DNA of 64,000 nt from Epiperipatus broadwayi (Eukaryota > Animalia > Onychophora): NCBI GenBank assembly GCA_028023455.1, contig JAQFVV010000011.1:4526001-4590000 (forward strand), in the 5' to 3' direction. The translations under genes were made by a program, and so were the position numbers. Each line of letters begins with the position of its first letter. The stretch's first letter is position 1. The notes beneath the pieces were generated by a model. It saw only the letters and a program-made list of their open reading frames with translations, did no database searches and had not been told where the DNA came from. Positions 53,806 through 64,000 of the stretch are shown here, piece after piece.

Positions 53806-55333
53806 ATATAGTTAGTTATAAAAAGCTGTAGTAAAGAATTTGTGACCAAATATATTTTGCTAATGCAAAGAATGGATCTAAAACTGTCTATTACATTATA
53901 AAAGAGAAGTCATTATTGAAAAGCATATGATTTGTTAAACTCTTCCATATTGAAGTCCATACAGCAAGATATACTTTCTAGAAAGATTAATATGGCTATG
54001 ATTAGGCTTTCTCCTGCAGGTGTTCATTTCTGCCCGAGCATGCAAGTCCATAGATGAGAAAGTTGTGAAGATCAAGCCTTACCTTAAAGTAAAATCAATG
54101 AAGAAACATATTTATTTTGTTCATAAATTGAAATTATTATTGCCGACTGCCTAAATTATACCTTTGGATAAATTATGAAAGAAGAAAATAAACAGGTACC
54201 AGGCAGTCTGGAATCGTAGTAAGGATTATTTGATGGGCTGAATTATTCGTTTACCAGCACAAAATCAAAACCCAAAACAAGGATTATTAAATAAACAGCT
54301 ATTTGATCGCCAGCCAAAAATACATAAAAAACAATGATTATTAAATCAGTCTTTCTAAGGTTAAACAGATTTAATTGTTTATCAGCAGCCTGTATCATAA
54401 GTAATGTCATTTTCTTATATACATCACATGATAAAATTTTCCTAATAACATATGCTCACGAATTAACATCTTATCTAAGTTTTTTTTTATTCTGAAAAGG
54501 TATTATACCTTTATCTGTTCAGAGTGACATTACCTATGTATTATGAAAATTTAGTCAATTATAAATTTTTTATATGTATCTTTAAAGCATCGATCAGATA
54601 TGGAAGATTACATTGAAGAAATGATTGTAAATGTTTTATCAATGATCATCTACTCCATTTTAGCAGTCTATTATTTGGAGCACATTGATGCATTATATTA
54701 TAGTCACTGCATGGAATAAAATTTTAAACCTAAGCCTGTGCTTAATTCTCATTGGTGAATTTTATTGATTCAACCATATGGTAAAATTAAATAGATATGC
54801 AGTGCAATATTATGATTGAGTTCCTTGTAACCCAGGCTACTGCTCGATGCTGATAGTATGAATATTTAAAGGATAAAGATTTGAACCTGGGTTTATGGTG
54901 GCACTGTGATAGGTATTGGTTAATGACACCAGCTCAAAGAAATAAAAATATCCAGTTTAGGCCATAATCTCTTTATATATTATTAGATTGCCCTGATAAA
55001 ATAATCAGCAATAAGCTTATAGACTTCTAATACCCATCACCAATTTTTGATTGGGCTTCAAAAATACTGTTCTGTTATAATATTATTATTCTTTCATATT
55101 TATTATATGGAAGTGAAAAATGGACTTACCTAACCAAATATTGAAAATAAAAATATTTAAGAGTGCTTCATAAGATTCTGAAATATTATGATAAGTTTAT
55201 AGGATCAATCAAATTGCTTTTCACTTAATGAAGGTTACGTTATTAAATCTATTACTGTAAAAACTCATCTTCATTAAATGTGAAATGAATGAGTAATCAG
55301 TTTCCTAAATAACATCTATTAAGAATGTTTCAG

Positions 55334-56034
55334 TGTCCAGCAGCACTCTATTGCTCGCTGGATTGCAACTATCAATAACACAATATAAAATAATTAATGA
55401 GGCAGCCCGGCAAGTAGGTTTAAATAACAAAAATTTATTTAAAGGATTATATATGAGTTAATCACTATTAATATATACAAAGTATGAATAATATATACAC
55501 GCTAATATTATTATATATAAATAAGGGACCCGAAGGCAGAGTAAAATAACAAAGAGATCGGTACGACCTGTTATAGTTCCCTAGGTTTATTTTGGCATGT
55601 CCGGAGGTAAACCTCTCTGCAAGGCTAGGTGAAGCAAAGGAGCTGACTGGAGCACCCGAGGAAATGGCACATCTACCTTTCAAGTGCTTCACTTAGCAAG
55701 TGTCCTCTCTCAGTTCAATATTAGATTCATTACTTGTCACACCTTGATTTTGGAGTAGCCTTCCTTCATTGGCCATCCGCTGTCCATGTGGTGGTCATCT
55801 CTTTAGTTCTTATAGGATCCCTGATTAGATAATGTCATACCTTTAACATTGTCTATTCTAAGCAATGGCTTTGTTTACATTATCTAATCCTTCTTGATAA
55901 ATTACTTTATAGTTTAGCGTTAATATATCATTTAATTATTTACAATACACAATTAGCGATCCGTTAGTTTTACATTTATTTTTATTATTGGTTACGTATT
56001 TTTTATATACATGCACATACACACACATTTAGCA
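55334..56034 (-). repeat. 3' LTR (701 bp)
   Basis: TG...CA ends. Direct repeat of 60051-60693 with two extra segments (~55418-55450, ~55900-55925). Confidence 0.9.
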
Positions 56035-56271
56035 TGCCTCCCCCAAGTTCAGAGATAGCATTTTAGTTTGTTGATTTTTTTTTCTCTCTGAACTTAGCAC
56101 ATAATCACTGAGGTGGGAGGGAATTTTACTTTCCCTCTTAGAACGTTGGGGAATGTCCAATTCAGTATCTGGAGCATCATCTTTTCTGGGAAATGGCTGC
56201 GGCGTTTGTTGTATACTTTCGTCTTTATGTAATTGATTTATGTGTTTGTGTAACTCTCTTCCGTTCTCCAT

Positions 56272-57705
56272 TCATACAGCAACCACTTGCTTACTTAAAT
56301 GTCGCACAATTTCCGCTTTAATCCAGAATTTATCCTGATTATTTCTAATCCATATGCAGTCTTGTGGTGAGAATTTATAGTTTCTGCCTGAAGGTACTTT
56401 GGTGTCCTTTGTTGGTATAATTTTGTCAAGCTTTGTTCGCAGTCTACGGCCTAGATATTTCTCTGCGGGTGATTTACCCAACTTAGCTGTAGGCATAGAA
56501 TGTTGATAAAGAAGCACGTTAAAGACTGCTTCATGCAGACTTTGTTTTTCCATTTTATTGATGGCGGATTTTAAATTCTGTACAGTTTTTTCAGCCAATC
56601 CATTTGATTGGGGGTGGTAAGGTAGAGTAAATATGTGGTTAATTCCCCATTCGTGCATCGAGTAAGTGAACTTTTCTGATGTAAAACCTGTGCTGTTGTC
56701 GGATACTAGGGTTTCTGGGAGACTGTGGTGTGCAAACATTTCCAACAGTTTGTCGATAGCTTCATCCGAACCTGTGTTTTTAACTATTTTATATTTGGCC
56801 CATTCTGAATAGGCATCCACTGCTGCTAGAAATAATTGTCTTTGAATAGGACTGCAGTGATCAATATGAATTCTCTGCCATGGCTTGTCTGCTTCTTGCC
56901 AGGACTCGAATTTGGCTGAGGGTGCATTTGCACATGACTGGCAGTTTGTGCAGTTTTTTATGCATTGTTCTATGTCACTGTTAATTTTCGGCCACCAGAC
57001 ATAACTACGAGCTAACGCTTTCGCCCTTACAATGCCCAGATGACCTTCATGCAATAAATTAAGTATTTGTGACCTGCCGCTTATGAGGATTAGTACTTGG
57101 TCGCCTCTGAGTATACAGTCTTTGCAAATGGACACTTGTTCTCGAGCTTTCCATTGCTCTATGTGCAAGAAAGATGGTCTTTGCTTTGGCCAACCTTTGC
57201 TGATTTTTTCCATGATCCATCTGTAGCCAGTGTCTTCTCTGGTCCATGCGGCTACCTTTGCGCTGTTAAGTGTCTGGCTGTTTAGTGCATCGATATAGTT
57301 AATTTCTACTTCATTTACTTCTTTCTCGAGCTGATCTGGCATTCGCGATAACGCATCGGCATGACCGATTTTCATGCCTTTTTTGTATTCGAGGTTATAA
57401 TTGTAACCTGCGAATATGTTAAGCCATCTCAACATACGAGGGCTTAAATGTTCAGGCATCTGTTTCATGCCTAGAATTCCCAAGAGTGGCTTATGGTCGG
57501 TTATTAATTGGAAAGGATGTCCATATAGATATTGGTGGAATTTACAAATTCCGAACACTATGGCGAGCGCTTCCTTGTCTAGCTGGCTGTAGTTCTTTTC
57601 CACCTTGGACAAGGTGTGCGATGCGTATGCTATAGGATATTTTCCAGAGTGGGATGGATGGCATATCACTGCCCCCATGCCATTTTCTGATGCATCAGTT
57701 GTCAC
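56272..57705 (-). CDS. pol: RNase H + integrase portion of pol
   Basis: TTDASENGMGAV...YSQLDKEALAIVFG...TDHKPL; HEGHLG...CTNC (HHCC); RIHIDH, LVSDN, HPQSNGLAEKTVQ. Confidence 0.9.
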   Translation of the reverse strand: MTTDASENGMGAVICHPSHSGKYPIAYASHTLSKVEKNYSQLDKEALAIVFGICKFHQYLYGHPFQLITDHKPLLGILGMKQMPEHLSPRMLRWLNIFAGYNYNLEYKKGMKIGHADALSRMPDQLEKEVNEVEINYIDALNSQTLNSAKVAAWTREDTGYRWIMEKISKGWPKQRPSFLHIEQWKAREQVSICKDCILRGDQVLILISGRSQILNLLHEGHLGIVRAKALARSYVWWPKINSDIEQCIKNCTNCQSCANAPSAKFESWQEADKPWQRIHIDHCSPIQRQLFLAAVDAYSEWAKYKIVKNTGSDEAIDKLLEMFAHHSLPETLVSDNSTGFTSEKFTYSMHEWGINHIFTLPYHPQSNGLAEKTVQNLKSAINKMEKQSLHEAVFNVLLYQHSMPTAKLGKSPAEKYLGRRLRTKLDKIIPTKDTKVPSGRNYKFSPQDCIWIRNNQDKFWIKAEIVRHLSKQVVAV

Positions 57706-57707
57706 GG

Positions 57708-58531
57708 TTACCTCACGCTCGCTGTCATAATGGACCAGTAGTTTATTTGAGGTGAGAAGGGCTTTGATGTGAAGAAATGCTTGCTCTTGTGCTGCTTCCC
57801 AATTCCATTTCTGGTTTTTTTTTTTAATAATTCGTACAGCGGCATCGTTATGTGTGCTTTGCCACTCAGGAAGTTTTCAAAATAGTTCACCAGGCCCAAA
57901 AAGGCCTGTAGTTGTTTTACATTATTCGGTCTTCTGGCGTCAGATACTGCTTTGACTTTTTCAGGAGAAGGGCTTATTCCTGAGTTTGACACTATGTGAC
58001 CCAGGAATTTTATTTCAGTAGCCTTCCAAATACATTTTTTCGCATTTAATTTTGCTCCAAATTCCTTCAGTCTTTGGCAAACTTTTGAGATACGAGTGCT
58101 CAATTCATTTTCTGAATTAGCAGTGACCAATATATCAACCAAGTAGGGGATGATGCCGTCGAGTCCATTTAGAAGTCTTTACTTTTGCTTGGAATATACT
58201 TGGTGCTGAAGCTATTCCGAATGGTAGACGTTTGCATCTAAATAAACCTATGTGTGTAGTAAGTGTTAGAATGTTCGCAGCTTTGTTGGTCACTAGGATT
58301 TGGTGGAAGGCTGAGTTGAGGTCTAATTTTGGAAAAATATTTAGACATTTGGAGCGACGCTATGTTTTCTCTTGAGTTAGGAACGGGGTATGTGTGTTTG
58401 TTTAGTGCTTTATTGACTGATACACGGTAATCACCGCACAAATGTATTTGTCCATTTGGCTTGGTTATTACAACCAGTGGGGTAGCCCACTTTGCTTCTT
58501 CTGTTGCTTCAAGCATGCCATCTTTAACCAA
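57708..58531 (-). pseudogene. pol: Reverse transcriptase, frameshifted, with YLDD changed to YLVD
   Basis: WATPLVVITKPNGQIHLCGDYR, RLPFGIASAPSIFQ, YLVDIL, KFLGHIVS spread over different frames. Confidence 0.85.
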
Positions 58532-58728
58532 TTGCTTTATTTCCTCCGCTATTTTTTCTTTCTGAGTGTACGGAATCTTTCACAGTCTACAAATTATAGG
58601 CACTGCTTTGGGCGATAATTCTAATGAAACTGGTTTTGTTTTTATCATTCCCAGTTCTCCATTGAAAAGTTTAGGAAAACGCTGTCTGATGTTTTTTTCA
58701 ATGTCAATATTTTTGACCCAAGCAATTT

Positions 58729-59879
58729 TTATTCCAGTTGCTGAAACCAATCATAGCCAATAAGAGGATTTATAGGGGCATGTACTATATATAATGGCAA
58801 TGTAACTATTTTTTTCGCATTGTTTGAAGTAATTGGAGCCTGAATTACTCCTTTAATTTTTATAGCGTTACCATTGACATCTCGAGCCTTCAGATTCGTA
58901 TGCATCAGTCTAGGTGGCTGTCTCATATCTGCCACAATGGTTTTCCAATCTTTAATGGAAAGTAACGACATCCCACTACCACTGTCAATTTCCATCGATA
59001 GGGGTTTTCCATAAATTTTGACAGTTATTTCAAATTTCTGTAATTGGTCTGAAGACACATTATTAATTGCCGAAAATTCCTCTTGTTTATGTTTTCTCGT
59101 AACGCTCTCTTGGCTGTTATTCTTTGTATAATTATCGAATTTTTTTTTTCTGCACATTTTTTCCCAGTGGTCGAATTTATTGCAGTGTTTACAGCATTGG
59201 TCTTTATAAAAACAGTCATGTGCCATGTGACCTAGTTTTCCACAGCAAAAACACTTAATTCGACTTTTCTTAATGTCTGTTGTTCCACTTTGATCAGGCA
59301 CCCTTCTATCTGGTTTGTCTACTTTGTGGACTTCATAAGGATTGTTGTCCGCTATTTTCATGGCCGCAAATTCCTTTGATTGTTGCAACCCAAGTTCATG
59401 AGCTATACCACATTTGATAGCTACTTTATAGTTAATATCCATATCTGCCAATAACTGCTGTCTCAGACTATCACTGCTCTTTCCACATAAAAATTGTCAG
59501 AGGGCTTCCTCCAGGTATGAATCGTAAATGCAGTTTTTTGCGAGTTCCCGCAGGGCAGTATCATAATCTTGTGTCCGCTCTTTCTTGCCTGGTGGTGATT
59601 TCTAAAATGAAGTCTGGCAAGGTGTCTAGACTCACGAGGATTAAAATAGTCAGTCAAATGATCTTTGAACTGTTCAAATGTTAATTCTTCCGGAGTTTTA
59701 GATTCACAGAGCCTATTTGCGATCTGGATTACTCCTATTCCAGTGAAACACAATAAGGTCGCTGTTTTGCTTTTATCGTCTTTTACTCTGTTAATAATTA
59801 ACAGTTTTTCAATTTGTTGGACATACAGGGACCACTCACTTGCCTCTCTGACATCAAATTCAGATATTGCTGGCTGCAT
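58729..59879 (-). pseudogene. gag: gag (two CCHC knuckles) + aspartic protease, one frameshift near 59460
   Basis: SEFDVREASEWSLYVQQIE...; CFCCGKLGHMAHDC and CKHCNKFDHWEKMC; protease MEIDSGSGMS. Confidence 0.9.
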
Positions 59880-60050
59880 TATGGTACTTAGTCAATTTAA
59901 CAAAATATAAAAATATTTTTCTTAGTAGTTTTATCTCCTCACGAAATCAAATAATTAGATGCCAATGTATTCGGCTGACAATGCGTTGATTGTTATTACT
60001 GAGAATTACACCGTTGAGGTTTGTAATCAACTTTAACTGCACCAATTTGA

Positions 60051-60693
60051 TGTCCAGCGGCACTCTATTGCTCGCTGGATTGCAACTATCAATAACATAA
60101 TATAAAATAATTAATGAGGCAGCCCGGCAAGTAGGTTTATATGAGTTAATCACTATTAATATATACAAAGTATGAATAATATGTACACGCTAATATTATT
60201 ATATATAAATAAGGGCCCGAAGGCAGAGTAAAATAATAAAGAGATCGGTACAACCTGTTATAGTTCCCTAGGTTTACTTTGGCATGTCTGGAGGTAAACC
60301 TCTCCGCAAGGCTAGGTGAAGCAAAGGAGCTGACTGGAGCACCCGAGGAAATGGCACATCTACCTTTCAAGCACTTCACTTAGCAAGTGTCCTCTCTCAG
60401 TTCAATATTAGATCCATTACTTGTCACGCCTTGATTTTGGAGTAGCCTTCCTTCATTGGCCATCCGCTGTCCACATGGTGGTCATCTCTTTAGTTCTTAC
60501 AGGATCCCTGATTAGATAATGTTACGCCTTTAACATTGTCTATTCTAAGCAATGGCTTTGTTTACATTATCTAATCCTTCTTGATAATATCATTTAATTA
60601 TTTACAATACACAATTAGCGATCCGTTAGTTTTACATTTATTTTTATTATTGGTTTATTTTTTATATACATGCACATACACACACATTTAGCA
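60051..60693 (-). repeat. 5' LTR (643 bp)
   Basis: Direct repeat of 55334-56034. Confidence 0.9.
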
Positions 60694-63600
60694 AATGTAG
60701 ATTAATTTTCATGTAAAGACAGATCATTTTTATGTTATAAAGATTATCTCAGTCACTAAAGAAATCCAGTATTGATAGGTTTTATTATGAAAATATGTAA
60801 GGGGCTGAAACATAATAGAAAACTGCTATTAAAATGATGTTGAACTTTTTCTGAAAGAAAGCCTATTTCAGAAGTTAAATATAATATTACCCAATACCAA
60901 ATTAAAAAAAGCAAAAAACCATGAGATATATGTAGATATGCTCGAGTTTCATGGATTGGTTTGTATAATTATCTCAAGGATTATCTTTTATTCTTTGATT
61001 ATTATTTTTCCTTGCTGGTTAAAATGGCATAACTCATTTGTGAGTGATTGTAATGATGATATCTATTAATGGAAGCATAATATATGTATATTTAATGTCT
61101 CGTATTGTATATACATCATTGTGGGTATTGTGATGCAGAATTAATGCATCCAATTTATGCCTACTTCCTAGGTTCAAACTGGATCAAGTGAATTTTTTTC
61201 CCAATATGTTTTAGAAGTTTTCTTTAGGTAGCTGACTCATAGCCAATAAGTTTAACCATTCAACACTAATCACTAAATGGGTATCTAGCTCTTCTTAGCT
61301 AGAGGGTAAAATAAAAATGGAAAATTGTTCACATTCTTATAACCGGGCAGTTGGCAGGCCTAGTGAAGATTACCTTCTCCTCTAAGAATGATGGACAAAC
61401 TTTTACTGAACAGTGTACTACTTATTTTTTAAAAAAGTGTTGTTTTATTTAATGTATATCAAATTTAGAACCAAAAAACAGTATTCGATATAAAAACGTA
61501 TTTGAATGAAAAACAATTTTAATTATTTTGTATAAATACTAGTAGAGGGAGCTAAAAACATTTTACAGCACGTCACAGCATTATATAGCTAACACCTATT
61601 AACCTTCAGACAAGGTGTTGCTATGTTCCATCGCATCACAAAATGTGGCAAGTTGGGGGAAATAAAGGACAAAAGATAATGCGTTTTTTTTAAAAATATT
61701 TTTTCTTTATTTAAACCGGTGAACTTTGCGTAATTAATTTAGTAATAATTATTTATTTTGATCTACTATTGACAATTTGTTTATACCAGCATATATGTTT
61801 TTAAAAGAAATACATTAATAGACTACACGTTTGCTCTAATAATATAAGTCCGAGACTGTTTTGAAACAGACAAGCATAGCAATAGGAGGCAATCTCGAAT
61901 CGATTAGAGAAGCCGTAGTAATGTCTAATATGATCAATTGCAGCTGACTTTATATTTTGATAATGACATTATGACTTGAGAAAATACTATTTATCCATTT
62001 TTTTTTAAAGAAAAAGATTGTTTGTTTTTTTATATCTTATGGAGGATTATATGAAAACACATATGGCCACGGCCAGGAGACAACATGAATGTACTTGTAA
62101 TACTTAATTACAGAACTAGGAATTTAGTTATAGGACATAGATTTTAATAATCTCTTTCATATCGCTTCCACAGTTCTTTTCAAAATGATCACCAAATCAT
62201 ATATAAGCATACATATTCCATCTTTTAAAATTCTTGTTTTCTTTATTACTGAATTGTTGATATAAAAAATGTGTTGTGTTAATGAAATTATTCTTAAAAT
62301 ATTTGCTTCACATATTCAGATTGTTATAATGAGTTTAAAGATTTGTTCTAAAAATTGTTTTAGTTCCCTACCTTAATAGATAATAAAAAAATAATCCCAA
62401 GATTATTGCTAATTAATATGGGATATGTCAATCGTTGATGTCCCGGGTTAGCGGGTTCGCTTCCCATATGGGGAAAAAAAATATGGGATAGGATATGTTT
62501 AATTTTTATATTGCAAAAGATTATATTCTATTTACATGCGAATTTCCAGTGAGATTAGGAACAAGTTTTCAGTATTTGGAAAAAATAAATCAGTCTTTTA
62601 TTTATGGTATTTTTCTATAATTGGAAAGTTATTAATATAAATGAATTTTCTGCATCCATTTCTAGATCATTGCTTAATATATTTCAAAATGTGAAAAAAC
62701 TAAATACTCTGCGGATGGTAGCGATTCTGTAAAAAAAAAATATTTACTATAATTAATATTTAATAACTTGTATTTTTTTATTAGAAAGTATTTTATCAAA
62801 TACATTATTAATTTTTCTTCATTTTAAGAGTTTTTAGAAAGAATCAATTTTTCCAAATAATTATAAGTTAAGATTATATAATAACGATAGCATCAATCTT
62901 CAGATTATTATGGAACTTCCTTTCCACATATATAGTTAAAGACTCAGTTCATATCAACTTTATCCTATGTTGGATCTAGCCTATTGAAAGACTATACAAA
63001 TAAACTAATGTGTAATATTTGGAAGGAACAAAATAAAATAATATTGAGTGATATATGTATTTCATCATTAAAACAGGCAAAACTCACTATACATATTGCC
63101 ACACAAGCATAAGAAGTGGTGGTCATGTGATGTTTATTTCATCATTATTAGGTTTATATCGCATTTTGGAGATTGTTTTTATATGAATGATGCTGGTGAA
63201 TAAGAAAGATTGTAAATATATTACCTGCAACCTTTTCCAAATTTAGCAATATCCATTTTATTAGATTTAGATTAGAACTTTGTGAAAGGGAAGCATATAT
63301 ATCTAATGATGTTTTTCTGATTCTTTCAGTTTTGTAGTTAGTATTCTGAAATCTCACTAACATTGAAAGAGTATGCTGTATTATGAAATAAGTATTATGC
63401 CTAATCCTTGTAGTTACTCAAGTTTTTTATCAAATGTTTTTATTGTTGCTTTCTATAGGTATAATATTGACTTCATAATCATGTTTAAATTTCATATAAA
63501 TTTAGCATAGATCTAAAAATCAATTTACTATTACAGTTAAAACATTATTGATACAAAATCTCTGGTTCCAGGATTTTTTTTAAATTGTGAATTTTTCTGA

Positions 63601-64000
63601 TTTCAAAAATAGATTTTTTATCTCATTGTAAACCTAAATTCTGTTATAGAAAAAAACAGGCAGTTTACTGCTATTGTGCTTATTAATTGATTAATTATTT
63701 ATTGATTTTATTTTTTTTAATGTAAGTACAAATTAACTTATTTTTTATAACAGGTTAAAAAAATCATTTTTGAAATTTTGATTGGATTATAGATATTTCT
63801 GAATAATAGATATTTAAATTAATGAAATTATAGTAAAATTTATTAAATTCAGAGGAAATTATATGTCTGGTTTAAAAAGTGACTGGGCATCTTTCTAGCC
63901 ACATATATCAAGGAAAATGTGTTAGTTTGTTTTTTCATAATAATATGCTGACTTTATTTTAAGAAAGAAATCATTGTCATTCTCAGAGGTCTAAAATGAC

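Larger units (their letters stand above)
55334..60693 (-). mobile_element. Ty3/gypsy LTR retrotransposon, Mag-like, full length but frameshifted
   Basis: Two LTRs, a PBS-like TGGTGCAG (~60037-60044), PPT TTGGGGGAGG (~56037-56046), and domain order gag-CCHC-PR-RT-RH-IN. Confidence 0.95.

Noticed and set aside
53340-54095. Possible plus-strand donor (TAG|GTAAGG ~53362) and acceptor (CTCCTGCAG|G ~54020)
   Set aside because: No coherent ORF links them, and the signals alone are not enough to call a gene.

Overview
Very AT-rich eukaryotic genomic DNA, probably from an invertebrate (arthropod-like; this is inference). The window is dominated by transposon debris and contains no complete host gene. 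Recognisable content: (i) a frameshifted Mag-type Ty3/gypsy LTR retrotransposon (55.3-60.7 kb, minus); (ii) a gag-only LTR element with 2.2-2.8 kb LTRs (34.4-42.0 kb); (iii) a near full-length decayed non-LTR element with SGNH-esterase ORF1, APE and RT (20.4-24.2 kb, minus) plus RTE-type fragments; (iv) an internally deleted piggyBac, three hAT-type MITEs with 8-bp TSDs and tRNA-derived fragments; (v) one probable first coding exon of a secreted protein (28.4-28.6 kb, minus). The most striking feature is a set of at least three unrelated non-coding repeat families, each carrying a minimal type-I hammerhead ribozyme motif (CUGAnGA...GAAA). Their stem III is self-complementary, and they are repeatedly inserted as 3'-ends-outward palindromes. 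One family has a ~471-nt circularly permuted unit and 13-bp TSDs, as expected for Penelope-mobilised retrozyme-like RNAs. All calls were made by eye, with no database searches.
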